Of a DNA stretch of 64,000 bases, positions 19,822-30,319 are shown one piece after another. The DNA lies in contig CAAGSA010000071.1 of the NCBI GenBank assembly GCA_900772835.1, positions 9,566 to 73,565 of the forward strand, read 5' to 3'. Position 1 is the stretch's first letter. Each line of letters begins with the position of its first letter. This DNA comes from an uncultured Prevotella sp. (lineage in GTDB: Bacteria; Bacteroidota; Bacteroidia; Bacteroidales; Bacteroidaceae). The notes under the pieces were generated by a model. It was not told where the DNA came from, did no database searches, and saw nothing but the letters and a program-made list of their open reading frames with translations. The translations under genes were made by a program, and so were the position numbers.

Positions 19822-20646
19822 ATGGATACAAAAGCACTTACAAAGCAAGCCGAAGTGAACCGCCGACGCCTCGTCGAAGTGGTTTACAACGCCAAAGCCG
19901 GACACATCGGCGGCGACCTGTCGTGTCTGAACGTCATGACGGCCCTCTATTTCAAGTATCTCAACGTGGATCCGAAAGACCCCAAGAACCCCGAGCGCGA
20001 CCGCTTCGTGCTGAGCAAGGGCCACTGCGTGGAGGCACTCTACACCACACTCGAGGCAAAGGGATTCCTGAAGAAGGAAACGACCGACACACTGGGACAG
20101 TACGGCTCCATACTCAGCGGACACCCCACGATAGAAGTGCCGGGCATAGAGGTGAACACAGGAGCACTGGGACACGGACTCCCGATAGGAGTGGGAATGG
20201 CTCTCGCGGCAAAGATGGACAGGAAGAGCTACAAGACATACGTGATGATGGGCGACGGAGAGCAGGGCGAAGGCTCAATATATGAGGCTGCAATGGCTGG
20301 ACACCAGTACAAGCTCGACAATCTCGTGGCTATCATCGACCGCAACCACCTGCAGATAAGCGGAAACACGGAAGACGTGATGGCGATAGAAAACATAAAG
20401 GACAGATGGACAGCGTTCGGATGGGACGTGAAACTGATGGACGGCGACTGCATGGACGACATCGTGAAGACCATCGACAGCATCGACTTCGGCAACGGGA
20501 AACCGCATCTGCTCGTGTCGAACACCACCAAGGGCAAGGGAGTGTCGTATATGGAGAACATCGCAAAATGGCACCACGGCATGCCCAACGAGGAACAGTA
20601 CAAGCAGGCTCTTGCCGAAATAGACGAAAGAATAAAGAGCCTTTAA
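19822..20646 (+). CDS. Transketolase N-terminal subunit (possible apulose-4-phosphate transketolase A)
   Basis: GHIGG, RDRFVLSKGH, TGALGHG, ThDP motif GDGEQGEG...N. Confidence 0.88.
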   Translation: MDTKALTKQAEVNRRRLVEVVYNAKAGHIGGDLSCLNVMTALYFKYLNVDPKDPKNPERDRFVLSKGHCVEALYTTLEAKGFLKKETTDTLGQYGSILSGHPTIEVPGIEVNTGALGHGLPIGVGMALAAKMDRKSYKTYVMMGDGEQGEGSIYEAAMAGHQYKLDNLVAIIDRNHLQISGNTEDVMAIENIKDRWTAFGWDVKLMDGDCMDDIVKTIDSIDFGNGKPHLLVSNTTKGKGVSYMENIAKWHHGMPNEEQYKQALAEIDERIKSL

Positions 20647-20671
20647 AGACTAACTACATTTATAAAGAACT

Positions 20672-21592
20672 ATGATAGCTTGCAGAAAGAGTTTTACTGA
20701 CACTTTGCTTGAACTGGCAAAGCAGGACAAGGATATTATCGCCGTCACCACCGACGCGCGCGGATCAGTCACACTGAACGACTTCGCCGAGCAGCTGCCC
20801 GGACAGTTCGTGGAATGCGGAATCGCAGAGCAGGACGCAGTGGGCATCGCGGCAGGACTGGCACACAGCGGAAAGAAAGTGTTCGCCTGCGGACCGGCAT
20901 GCTTCTACGTGGCGCGAAGCCTGGAGCAGGTGAAGGTGGACATGGCATACAGCGAGAACCCGGTGAAGATTCTGGGAGTAAGCGGAGGCGTGGCATACGG
21001 AGCACTCGGAGCCACACACCACAGCCTGCACGACATCGCCGCACTGCGCACGTTCCCGGGAATGAACATAGTGCTGCCGTGCGACGCGCGACAGACACGC
21101 AAACTCGTGAAGATGCTCGTAGACTACCCACACCCCGTATACGTGAGAGTGGGCAGAGCCGCCGTGCCCGACGTTTACGAGAACGACGACTTCGACTTCC
21201 AGCTGGGCAAGGCAAACACGCTGCTCGACGGCAATGACCTCACAATCATAGCCTGCGGCGAGACCGTATACCACGCACTGCAGGCAGGCAAGCAGCTGAA
21301 GGAGAAGGGAATCAGCGCAAGGGTGCTCGACATGTCGTCGCTCAAGCCATACGATGCCGAGGCAATAAAGAAGGCAGCCGAGGAGACCGGACGCATAATA
21401 ACAGTGGAAGAGCACAGCCAGTTCGGCGGACTGGGAGCGATAGTGACGGAAACGATATCCGAAAACCCGGTGCCGGTGCGCATCATCGGCATACCCGACG
21501 AGAACGTGGTGCACGGCACAAACAAGGAAATATTCCACCACTACGGACTGGATGCCGAAGGCATCGTGAAGAGCGCGATGGAGTTTCTCTAA
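20672..21592 (+). CDS. Transketolase C-terminal subunit (possible apulose-4-phosphate transketolase B)
   Basis: GIAEQ, GATHHS, YVRVGR, VEEHSQFGGLG. Confidence 0.88.
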   Translation: MIACRKSFTDTLLELAKQDKDIIAVTTDARGSVTLNDFAEQLPGQFVECGIAEQDAVGIAAGLAHSGKKVFACGPACFYVARSLEQVKVDMAYSENPVKILGVSGGVAYGALGATHHSLHDIAALRTFPGMNIVLPCDARQTRKLVKMLVDYPHPVYVRVGRAAVPDVYENDDFDFQLGKANTLLDGNDLTIIACGETVYHALQAGKQLKEKGISARVLDMSSLKPYDAEAIKKAAEETGRIITVEEHSQFGGLGAIVTETISENPVPVRIIGIPDENVVHGTNKEIFHHYGLDAEGIVKSAMEFL

Positions 21593-21610
21593 CGCCAAGG
21601 GAAAGACAGC

Positions 21611-23089
21611 ATGGACAACTACATAATAGCAATCGACCAAAGCACATCGGCAACAAAGGCCATGCTCTTCGACGAAAGCTGCAGGATGATGCAGCGAGTG
21701 AACGTGGAGCACCACCAGTATTACCCCAAGGCGGGATGGGTGGAGCACGATGCCGAGGAGATATACAACAATGTGCTGCTCGCCGTGAAGGAACTGATGC
21801 GCGGCGCCGACACCACGGCACACTACTCGCTGGCAATAACCAACCAGAGGGAGACCGTAGTGGTGTGGGACAGGAACACGGGGCGACCCGTATACAACGC
21901 CGTGGTGTGGCAGTGCATGCGCGGCACAGACATCTGCAACAGGCTCAAGGCTGAAGGCTACGGCAAGATGGTGATGGAAAAGAGCGGACTGCTCATCGAC
22001 CCATACTTCGCTGCAAGCGGAGCAAAATGGATTCTCGACAACGTGGAGGGAGCAAGACAGAAGGCAGAGCGGGGCGAACTGCTCATGGGCACGATGGAGT
22101 CATGGCTCATCTGGAAACTCACAGAAGGCAGAAACCACGTATCCGACTACACCAACGCATCGCGCACGATGCTCATGAACATACACACGCTGCAGTGGGA
22201 CGACGACCTGCTCCGCCTTTTCACCATACCGCGCTCAATGATGCCGGAACTGCTGCCGTGCGACGGAGTGTTCGGCAAGACCACAATAGGCGGACTCTTC
22301 GCAGAGCCGATTGAGATAGCAGGAGTGCTCGGCGATTCGCACGGAGCACTCACCGGACAGATGTGCTTCGAGGAAGGACTCGGAAAGGCAACCTACGGCA
22401 CAGGCTCATCGGTGATGGTGAACATCGGAGAGAAGGCTGCCGCGGCACCCGACGGACTGGTTACATCCATCGGTTTCGCGGCGCTGGGAAAGGTGTTCTA
22501 CGCTTTCGAAGGAAACATACACAGCACAGGAGCCACACTGAAATGGCTGCAGGAGCAGCTCAGGATGATTGCATCGCCAGCCGAAGTGGAGGCAGAGGCG
22601 ACATCGGTGGCAGACAACGGAGGCGTATACTTCGTGCCGGCATTCGCCGGACTGGGAGCGCCATGGTGGAACGATACGGTGAAGGCTGCCGTGACGGGCA
22701 TGACATTCGCCACGACACGCGCACACTTCCTGCGTGCGGCGCTCGAGTCGATAGCATACCAGGTGAACGACCTGGTGAAGGCAATGACCGCGAAGGCAGG
22801 AATCAACCTGAAGGAGATACGAGTTGACGGCGGACCGACGAAGAACAAGTTCCTGATGCAGTTCCAGGCAGACTGCCTGCGTGTGCCAGTGAACCGCTCC
22901 GACGTGGAAGAGGCATCCGCCCTCGGCGCGGTAGTGATGAACGGACTGTCGCGCAAGGTGTGGAAGAGCTTCGACGAAGTGGCACAGCTGCGACACAGCA
23001 AATGGCGCATACTTGCACAGGACAACGAACAACTCATGCAAAAGAACATCGACGGCTGGCACCAGGCCGTGAGACAACTCCTGAAGTAG
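21611..23089 (+). CDS. FGGY carbohydrate kinase, GlpK-like (possible apulose kinase)
   Basis: AIDQSTSATKA, ITNQRET, DYTNASRT, KATYGTG, RVDGG; GDS rather than the GlpK GDQ. Confidence 0.85.
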   Translation: MDNYIIAIDQSTSATKAMLFDESCRMMQRVNVEHHQYYPKAGWVEHDAEEIYNNVLLAVKELMRGADTTAHYSLAITNQRETVVVWDRNTGRPVYNAVVWQCMRGTDICNRLKAEGYGKMVMEKSGLLIDPYFAASGAKWILDNVEGARQKAERGELLMGTMESWLIWKLTEGRNHVSDYTNASRTMLMNIHTLQWDDDLLRLFTIPRSMMPELLPCDGVFGKTTIGGLFAEPIEIAGVLGDSHGALTGQMCFEEGLGKATYGTGSSVMVNIGEKAAAAPDGLVTSIGFAALGKVFYAFEGNIHSTGATLKWLQEQLRMIASPAEVEAEATSVADNGGVYFVPAFAGLGAPWWNDTVKAAVTGMTFATTRAHFLRAALESIAYQVNDLVKAMTAKAGINLKEIRVDGGPTKNKFLMQFQADCLRVPVNRSDVEEASALGAVVMNGLSRKVWKSFDEVAQLRHSKWRILAQDNEQLMQKNIDGWHQAVRQLLK

Positions 23090-23095
23090 TACACT

Positions 23096-23170
23096 GTTGA
23101 TGGCGATTGGCAAAAAGCCAATCGCCATCAACTCCCTACCAAACCTACAAAACCTACCAAACCTACAAAA
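23096..23170. repeat. Perfect 16-bp hairpin followed by a 9-nt period CCTAC repeat
   Basis: gttgatggcgattggc-aaaaa-gccaatcgccatcaac, then cctaccaaa cctacaaaa cctaccaaa cctacaaaa. Confidence 0.8.
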
Positions 23171-23181
23171 CAAAAAACAAT

Positions 23182-24609
23182 ATGAACACCCCTAAGAAAC
23201 AATGCTTCGGTGTCATCATCGGCACCCGTGCATACTTCAACTCAGAGCTTGCAAGAGACGTGCGCAAGCAGCTCCTCAAGACTCTCGAAGACAACGGCTA
23301 CGACTACGTAATCCTGCCCGAGGACGCTACACCCACGGGAAGCAGCAGTATAGAGACACGCGAAGACGGACTGAAATGCGCCGAGCTATTCCGCCAGAAC
23401 CGCGACCGCATCGACGGAATCATCGTTTCGCTGCCGAACTTCGGCTTCGAAATAGGAATCATCAACGCCATCAGCGTTGCCGACCTGAGAGTGCCGGTAA
23501 TGGTACAGGCATGCGACGACCAGAACGACAAGGTGGACCTCGACAGCCGCCGCGACGCCTTCTGCGGAAAGATTTCCGTATGCAACAACCTCTACCAGTA
23601 CGGCATCCCTTTCACCGACACCACACTGCACACCTACTCCGTATACTCGCCGCTGCTGGCACAGGACATCAACCGTTTCGCTGCCGTATGCCGGGTGGTG
23701 AAGGGACTGAGCCACGCACGCATCGGACAGATCGGCACACGCCCGCTGGGCTTCAACACATGCCGCGCAAGCGAAAAGCTGCTGCAGGCATCGGGCATCA
23801 CCGTTGTGCCCGCCGACCTGAGCGAGATTCTGTATGCAGCACAGGCAATCGAGGATTCCGACACAGAACTGCTCAAGCAGATGGAGAAAGTGGCAGGATA
23901 CGCCGAGGTGCCGGAGAGCTACAGGGAGAAACTGCGCCTGCAGTGCAAGTTCGGCGTGGCAGTAAACCGCTGGGTGAAGGCAAACCAGGTAGACGCCGTG
24001 GCAATACAGTGCTGGGATTCGCTGGAGCAGAACTTCGGCTGCGCCGCATGCGTCACGATGAGCATGCTGAGCGAAGCCGGCATTCCTGCAGCATGCGAGA
24101 CCGACCTCGCAGGTGCCGTATCAATGCTCGCGCTCACACTGGCATCAGGACAGCCATCGGCAATAGCCGACTGGAACAATAACTTTGCCGAAGACCGCAA
24201 CAAGTGTGTATGCACCCACTGCGGAAACTTCCCCAAATCGTTCATCGGCAACGACAACCTGCGCCTCGGACCGCTCGGGGTTCTCGGACGCACACTGGGC
24301 AAGATTAACACCTTCGGTGCCGTATACGCAAAAGTAAGTGCAGGCGACTTCACTTATTTCCGCATCTCCACCGACGACACCAAGGGCTGCATCAAGGCTT
24401 ATCTCGGCGAGGGCAAAATGACCGACGACGAGTATGGCATGGACGGATGCATCGTTGTGACGGAGGTTCCTGAACTGCAGAAGCTGATGAAGTATATCTG
24501 CAAGAACGGCTTCGAACACCACGTGGCACTCGTTCGCGGTGATGTGGCAGGCATCATACAGGAGGCCATCGAGAGCTATCTCGGATGGAACCTCTACGTT
24601 CATGAATAA
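23182..24609 (+). CDS. L-fucose/L-arabinose isomerase family protein
   Basis: DAFCGKISV, AIQCW, ACETD, HCG, GFEHH motifs; ATG at 23182 follows an A-rich leader. Confidence 0.82.
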   Translation: MNTPKKQCFGVIIGTRAYFNSELARDVRKQLLKTLEDNGYDYVILPEDATPTGSSSIETREDGLKCAELFRQNRDRIDGIIVSLPNFGFEIGIINAISVADLRVPVMVQACDDQNDKVDLDSRRDAFCGKISVCNNLYQYGIPFTDTTLHTYSVYSPLLAQDINRFAAVCRVVKGLSHARIGQIGTRPLGFNTCRASEKLLQASGITVVPADLSEILYAAQAIEDSDTELLKQMEKVAGYAEVPESYREKLRLQCKFGVAVNRWVKANQVDAVAIQCWDSLEQNFGCAACVTMSMLSEAGIPAACETDLAGAVSMLALTLASGQPSAIADWNNNFAEDRNKCVCTHCGNFPKSFIGNDNLRLGPLGVLGRTLGKINTFGAVYAKVSAGDFTYFRISTDDTKGCIKAYLGEGKMTDDEYGMDGCIVVTEVPELQKLMKYICKNGFEHHVALVRGDVAGIIQEAIESYLGWNLYVHE

Positions 24610-24622
24610 TGCCATACACCAT

Positions 24623-24720
24623 ATCCGGCAATAAACGAAACAGTTTTCGGCAATAAACAAAACTTTGTCCGGGAATAAACATAACATTATCCGGAAACAC
24701 ACGGACAGATGCCGGATAGA
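24623..24720. repeat. Degenerate 22-nt tandem array (4-5 units)
   Basis: atccggcaataaacgaaacagt / tttcggcaataaacaaaacttt / gtccgggaataaacataacatt / atccggaaacacacggacagat. Confidence 0.75.
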
Positions 24721-24980
24721 AAAACAATAAGCATCAAGCAATATCTATATAGGTATTGGATACCTTATTATATATATTGGATTCCATCAAGCACGGGAAA
24801 AGGTTTTGCACTGGCAGAATTCTTTTTCCGTGCCTTTAGCGAATCGGGAAAAATACAGCAAACAGACTAAATATTCCAGTTCCGCAAGCGCAAAAACTAC
24901 GGAAAACAGGACAGAATGTCGTTTTTAGTATACTAAAACGTTAAATATTTGCAGCTTTATTAAAAAACTTTTTTGAATAT

Positions 24981-25012
24981 TTTGCATATTTGGATAAAAC
25001 TGCCTATATTTG
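24981..25012 (+). promoter_or_regulatory. Promoter of susC2 (-33/-7)
   Basis: TTTG-N20-TATATTTG. Confidence 0.75.
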
Positions 25013-25199
25013 CATCCGAATCAAACTATAAAACCATTTCCATACAAAGGAGTAGGTTCTACTAAAATAAAGACTACAGAAATACAATATTCGAACATGT
25101 CATAAAGGAGGGGAGTGTACCGGCTGTGTGATGTCGTATCACTACAGAAGGCTTGTATGCTTACTGATACTGCTAATAACTAATAAAAAACAAATATTT

Positions 25200-28100
25200 A
25201 TGCAATTCCTAATCAGAAGAGCCTTGACGGCTTCCGTTTTGCCTATGATGTGTCTCACGGCATTCGCCCAGAAGACAGTCACAGGTACAGTGAAGGACGC
25301 AAAGGGAGAACCGCTGATCGGTGTTACAGTGTTTGTTGACGGCAAACCTGGCTCGATTACCGACATCGACGGTAATTTCTCTATCCCTAATGCTTCGCCT
25401 TCATCTACAGTGAAGGTTTCCTACATCGGTTACAAAGACCAGACCATGACTCTCGGAAAATCTTCAAGTATCAACATCGTGCTGCAGGAAGACAATGCAC
25501 AGCTCGACGAAGTTGTGGTTGTAGGTTACGGTACGATGAAGAAGAGCGACCTCACGGGTTCTGTTTCGTCTGTAGGTACAGAAAAGCTGAACGCAAAGGG
25601 TGCGCCTTCTGTAATGGCAAACCTCCAGGGTTCTACACCGGGTGTGAACATCACACAGAGCACAGGACGTACCAACGGAGACTTCAACATCGAAATCCGC
25701 GGTAAGTCGTCGACAAACTCAAACACAAAGCCTTTGTACGTAGTGGATGGCGTAATCTGCGACGATATCCAGTTCCTCAACTCTCAGGACATCGAGAGAA
25801 TCGACGTGCTGAAGGACGCATCGTCAACAGCCATCTACGGTTCGCGCGCCACTGCCGGTGTCATCATGGTGACAACGAAGAGCGGTTCGAACGTGAACAA
25901 GACCAAGCTGACGAAGCCGACAATCAGCTATGACGGCTACTACGGAGTGACAAAGATTGCACGCACACCCGACTTTATGAGCGGCAGCGAATTCATGGAC
26001 TTACGCTTCGGCAAGTTCCTGATGTTCACAGGCGAGAGAAACGCAAGAAACGACTTCTACATGCCGGGCGGCACTGCACCAACGACTATCGCACAGGCAC
26101 TGCTGCTGAAGGACACGAGCGATCCCAACTCCGGATACCTGCTCAAGGAAATGGTGGCAAACGGAAACACCTACAACTGGCCGGACCTCGTGACACAGAC
26201 CGGACAGAGCCAGAACCACTATCTCTCCATCAGCGGTGCCAAGGAAGGAATCAACTACCACTTCGGCGTGGGCTACGACGGGAACGAGGGTGTATACAAA
26301 GGCGACAAGCAGGACAAGCTCAACTTCAAGGGCTCTCTCGACGCAAAGATAAACAAGGTCATAAGCGCCGGATTCAGCATGAATATGGCTTATATCGACA
26401 ATGAGTATGCAAACGACGATGCCGTGAAGGTGGCCTACCGCATGACACCGTTCTCTATCCCTTACGATGCAGAAGGCAACATCAACCACCTGCCGGGCAA
26501 CAAGGGCTCGCTCGGAACGAACGAACACCAGTTCTCCGACAACATCAGTCCGCTCGACCTCATGAAGAATACCTACAAGCAGCGCGAGACATGGAGGTTG
26601 CTCGGTAATATCTATCTGCAGCTTGACCTGATGAAGGGCTTGAACTTCAAGACAACCTTCTCTCCGTCATACACTAACTATAGACAGGGATACGTGGTAG
26701 GATACGAGAATCCGGACATCCCCGGAAAGACTTATGCCGACAAGGATGTTTCTTCTTCATCCACTACTCTGAACCAGCACCGTGCCGTTTCATGGACATG
26801 GGACAACATCGTGAACTACAACACACGCATCGGCAAGGACCACAGCATCGGCGTGATGGGGCTCATATCCGCCATGTCTGCCAACACCGAGAACTACACA
26901 TGGGTAGCCAACGGCGTGATGTCGAAGACAGACTGGTTCAATATGGGTTCAGGCACATTTGACGCCGACAACTCAAAGTCTTCCTATTCAGAGAGCAGCA
27001 TGCTGTCATACGCAGTGCGTCTGAACTATGGATTCCAGGACAAGTATCTCGTCACCGCTACAGCCCGTTGGGACGGTAGCTCCAAGTTTGCCGACGGCCA
27101 CCGTTGGGGTTGCTTCCCATCCGTTGCCCTTGCATGGCGCGCTTCTGAAGAGAACTTCCTGAAGAACGTTGACTGGCTGAGCAACCTGAAGCTCCGTCTG
27201 AGCTATGGTGTGACCGGTAACAACGACGGTATCGGAAACTATGACACACAGCAGACCGTGTCGGGTCCGATATACTATCCGTTCGGCACCACAACACTCT
27301 CCGGCTACTATCCATCGAGCGTTATCGACAAGCTCCTTTCATGGGAGGAGTCGCGCGAGATCAACTTCGGTATCGACTTCGGTTTCCTGAAGAACAGAAT
27401 CAACGGTACGGTTGACATCTACCAGAAGAAGTCGAAGGACCTGCTGTTCGACGTAGAGTTGCCCCTGGTTTCGGGTGGCGGCTCGATGAAGACCAATGTG
27501 GGTAGCGTGAAGAATACCGGTATCGAGGTTTCTCTGAACACAGTGAACATCGACACCAAGGATTGGAACTGGACAACATCGTTCACATTTGCCCACAACA
27601 AGAACAAGGTGATCGAAATCAACGGAACTGGCAACGACCTTCCTTCAAGCCTGTTGTTCGTCGGCGAACCGTTCAACAACGTGTACGACTACAAGTGGGA
27701 CGGAGTGGTTTCCGACCGCGATATGGTTGTTCCCAATACCAAGATTGCCGAGGACAAGGGATTCAAGCCCGGCGAAGTGGTAAAGGAGTACGACTACTAC
27801 TACAAGTGCTACGGATGGTCTGAGGGTTCTGCCAAGATTGTGGACAGGAACGGCGACGGCAACATCAACGAGCAGGACAAGTATCTCTGGAGATCTGATC
27901 CAGTCTGGACCGGAAGCCTTACTTCAAACCTGTCTTACAAGAACTGGGACTTCTCGTTCTCTCTCTACACCAAGCAGAACTACAAGGTAAGATCTGCCTT
28001 CATGTCGGAAAATGTGTCATACTCACGTGCAAAACAGGGACTGTCTGTTGACTACTACATCCCGGCAGGAACACTGCTTTCATGCGACGGCGTGAATGCC

Positions 28101-28448
28101 GACGGTACATACGTGAACCCTGTATATCAGGAGTATACCCACTACGGCGACTACCCGATGATTGCCGTAAACAACGGTATCGACGCTTCCAAGTCATACT
28201 GGGACACCGCCAAGGAGGTTGTCGACGCCTCGTTCGTGAAGGTAAAGAACATCACTCTGGGCTACACCTTCCCCAAGAAGTGGCTCTCGCCATGGGGATG
28301 CAGCTATCTGCGCCTGTATGCAACAGTGACCAACCCGTTCGTATTCACAAAATACAAGGGCTTCGATCCTGAGTGGGCAAGCGCTTCGCTGAAGAACGAC
28401 GGTCCGAGTACCGTGACCTACCAGATTGGTGCAAGCATTAAGTTCTAA
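25200..28448 (+). CDS. susC: SusC/RagA TonB-dependent transporter
   Basis: Signal peptide from ATG 25200; LDEVVVVGYG, VLKDASSTAIYGSRA, terminal Phe. Confidence 0.95.
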   Translation: MQFLIRRALTASVLPMMCLTAFAQKTVTGTVKDAKGEPLIGVTVFVDGKPGSITDIDGNFSIPNASPSSTVKVSYIGYKDQTMTLGKSSSINIVLQEDNAQLDEVVVVGYGTMKKSDLTGSVSSVGTEKLNAKGAPSVMANLQGSTPGVNITQSTGRTNGDFNIEIRGKSSTNSNTKPLYVVDGVICDDIQFLNSQDIERIDVLKDASSTAIYGSRATAGVIMVTTKSGSNVNKTKLTKPTISYDGYYGVTKIARTPDFMSGSEFMDLRFGKFLMFTGERNARNDFYMPGGTAPTTIAQALLLKDTSDPNSGYLLKEMVANGNTYNWPDLVTQTGQSQNHYLSISGAKEGINYHFGVGYDGNEGVYKGDKQDKLNFKGSLDAKINKVISAGFSMNMAYIDNEYANDDAVKVAYRMTPFSIPYDAEGNINHLPGNKGSLGTNEHQFSDNISPLDLMKNTYKQRETWRLLGNIYLQLDLMKGLNFKTTFSPSYTNYRQGYVVGYENPDIPGKTYADKDVSSSSTTLNQHRAVSWTWDNIVNYNTRIGKDHSIGVMGLISAMSANTENYTWVANGVMSKTDWFNMGSGTFDADNSKSSYSESSMLSYAVRLNYGFQDKYLVTATARWDGSSKFADGHRWGCFPSVALAWRASEENFLKNVDWLSNLKLRLSYGVTGNNDGIGNYDTQQTVSGPIYYPFGTTTLSGYYPSSVIDKLLSWEESREINFGIDFGFLKNRINGTVDIYQKKSKDLLFDVELPLVSGGGSMKTNVGSVKNTGIEVSLNTVNIDTKDWNWTTSFTFAHNKNKVIEINGTGNDLPSSLLFVGEPFNNVYDYKWDGVVSDRDMVVPNTKIAEDKGFKPGEVVKEYDYYYKCYGWSEGSAKIVDRNGDGNINEQDKYLWRSDPVWTGSLTSNLSYKNWDFSFSLYTKQNYKVRSAFMSENVSYSRAKQGLSVDYYIPAGTLLSCDGVNADGTYVNPVYQEYTHYGDYPMIAVNNGIDASKSYWDTAKEVVDASFVKVKNITLGYTFPKKWLSPWGCSYLRLYATVTNPFVFTKYKGFDPEWASASLKNDGPSTVTYQIGASIKF

Positions 28449-28468
28449 TAAAATAAAAAGTTGATACA

Positions 28469-30298
28469 ATGAATAAATATATATATAAGTCATTCGCTGC
28501 ATTTATGGCATTAGGACTAACAATGTCAAGCTGTAGTGATTTCCTTGACGCCGAAAACAAAAGCGCCGGTGGAAATGATGCTGATTCGTATTTCAGCAAG
28601 ACTCCGTCAGCACTGCTGAACACAGCCTATGCCGAGCTGAAGGACCTTGCCACCGTAATCGACATGAATGAGCACGGAACGGATATGTTCCTGAACACAC
28701 GTGGCCATGCCGCCGGAGTCTTCAACGACTATACGCTCACTCCGGAAGACGCCACAGTGAAGAGCTATTACTCGAACGCATACAAGATGATAAACTATGC
28801 CAACGGCGTGATGAGCTATGCCGGAGAGAAGAGCTCTGAAACCTACGAGGCCCGCTTCCTGCGTGCATACGGTTACTATCTGCTCACGCAGCAGTTCGGT
28901 TCCGTGCCGTACATCACTACATACATCAACAGCTCCAAGCGCGACTATCCGAGAACCGACTTGGCTGAGGTGTATTCCAGCACAATAGCCGACCTGGAGG
29001 ACCTCTACAAAAACTCCTCTCTTGCTGCCAACAGCCACGAGGGCAGAGCAAGCAAGCAAGCTGTTGCCGCTCTCCTGGCAAAGATGTATCTCGCTGCCGG
29101 ATGGGATGTGCAGACCACTCTGGACGACGCGGCACAGGGCACATACACCGTGAACGACAAGACAAACTTCGAGCAGGCAGCCCAGTGGGCTGAGAAGGCA
29201 ATCAACGGCATCGCCCTGACTATGCCTTTCGCCGACAAGTGGAGCCCGAGCAACGAGGGCAACGCCGAGGAGATATGGTCTGTGCAATACGACAGAGACT
29301 CTTACCCCGGCGACAAGGCCACCGGCGGACACTCGCTGCAGAACAGCTACGGAGGCTACTTCGGCAACATCACCGACTTCGGCATCAAGTATACCGGAAG
29401 CGACAACCAACCTACAGCCAAGATGATGCGCCTCTTCGACAAGGGCGACACCCGCTACGAGGGCACATTCATGACCACTTACTACAACAGTGTGAAGAAT
29501 GGTTCCGCCGCTGCCGAATGGGGCGAGAACGGCTATTATGCCTACTACAACCTCGACGCCACGAAACTTGCCACTCATCCTATAGCATTCAAGTTCTATC
29601 CTTACTATGTTACCCAGGCTGAGGTGGAGGCAGACCTCACTGCGCGCAAGGCTCAGTTCGCCGAATACGACAACCGCTCCGTGCTGGTTCCAAAGGCTGT
29701 ACGTCTCGACGATGCAAACAATGTGCTGATATACAGCTTCGACAAGAACGGAAAGTTCACCATGACCAAGTCAAACTACGAGACTTACATCCAGGACCTG
29801 AACTCTTTCGGTAGCGTGAAGAAGTACGACGACCCCAAGTCTGACCAGGTAACCAAGGATAACGACTACCGCGACATCGTGATCTTCCACGTGAGCGACA
29901 TGTATCTCGTTGCCGCCGAGGCATACTACATGGCTGGCCAGACAGGCAAGTCGCTTGAGAAGCTCAACGCCGTGCGCAGCCGTGCAGGCATACCTGCACT
30001 CTCTTCGTTCAGCGCATACACACCGGAGTACACCACTACTTCAACCTTCACCGTCAAGGACATCGACGTAATCCTCGACGAAAGGGCACGCGAACTCTAC
30101 GGCGAGCAGCAGCGCTGGGTTGACCTGCGCCGCACAAAGCAGCTCGTGCGCTACAACGTGGAGTTCAACAGCTACATCAGCAATGCTTCCGACATGGCGA
30201 ACGCCAAGGGTGAATACAAGTGGCTCCGCCCGATTCCTTCAAACGAAATTTCTTCGAACGAGGGAATAAGCACAGAGAATCAAAACCCAGGTTATTAA
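28469..30298 (+). CDS. susD: SusD/RagB surface lipoprotein
   Basis: Lipobox MSSC, EARFLRAYGYY, ERARELYGE..RW.DLRR, terminal QNPGY. Confidence 0.95.
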   Translation: MNKYIYKSFAAFMALGLTMSSCSDFLDAENKSAGGNDADSYFSKTPSALLNTAYAELKDLATVIDMNEHGTDMFLNTRGHAAGVFNDYTLTPEDATVKSYYSNAYKMINYANGVMSYAGEKSSETYEARFLRAYGYYLLTQQFGSVPYITTYINSSKRDYPRTDLAEVYSSTIADLEDLYKNSSLAANSHEGRASKQAVAALLAKMYLAAGWDVQTTLDDAAQGTYTVNDKTNFEQAAQWAEKAINGIALTMPFADKWSPSNEGNAEEIWSVQYDRDSYPGDKATGGHSLQNSYGGYFGNITDFGIKYTGSDNQPTAKMMRLFDKGDTRYEGTFMTTYYNSVKNGSAAAEWGENGYYAYYNLDATKLATHPIAFKFYPYYVTQAEVEADLTARKAQFAEYDNRSVLVPKAVRLDDANNVLIYSFDKNGKFTMTKSNYETYIQDLNSFGSVKKYDDPKSDQVTKDNDYRDIVIFHVSDMYLVAAEAYYMAGQTGKSLEKLNAVRSRAGIPALSSFSAYTPEYTTTSTFTVKDIDVILDERARELYGEQQRWVDLRRTKQLVRYNVEFNSYISNASDMANAKGEYKWLRPIPSNEISSNEGISTENQNPGY

Positions 30299-30319
30299 TC
30301 TGTTAAATTAGAAATCAAG

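Noticed and set aside
21611..23089. Canonical glpK
   Set aside because: Key GlpK motifs are altered and the context is transketolase/isomerase rather than glpF/glpD
11887..27224. 52/54-nt identity between the two susC genes (11887-11940 and 27171-27224) as a shufflon or gene-conversion site
   Set aside because: It encodes the conserved DWLSNLKLRLSYGVTGNN motif, the copies are in direct orientation, and no recombinase is nearby; protein constraint plus codon bias suffices
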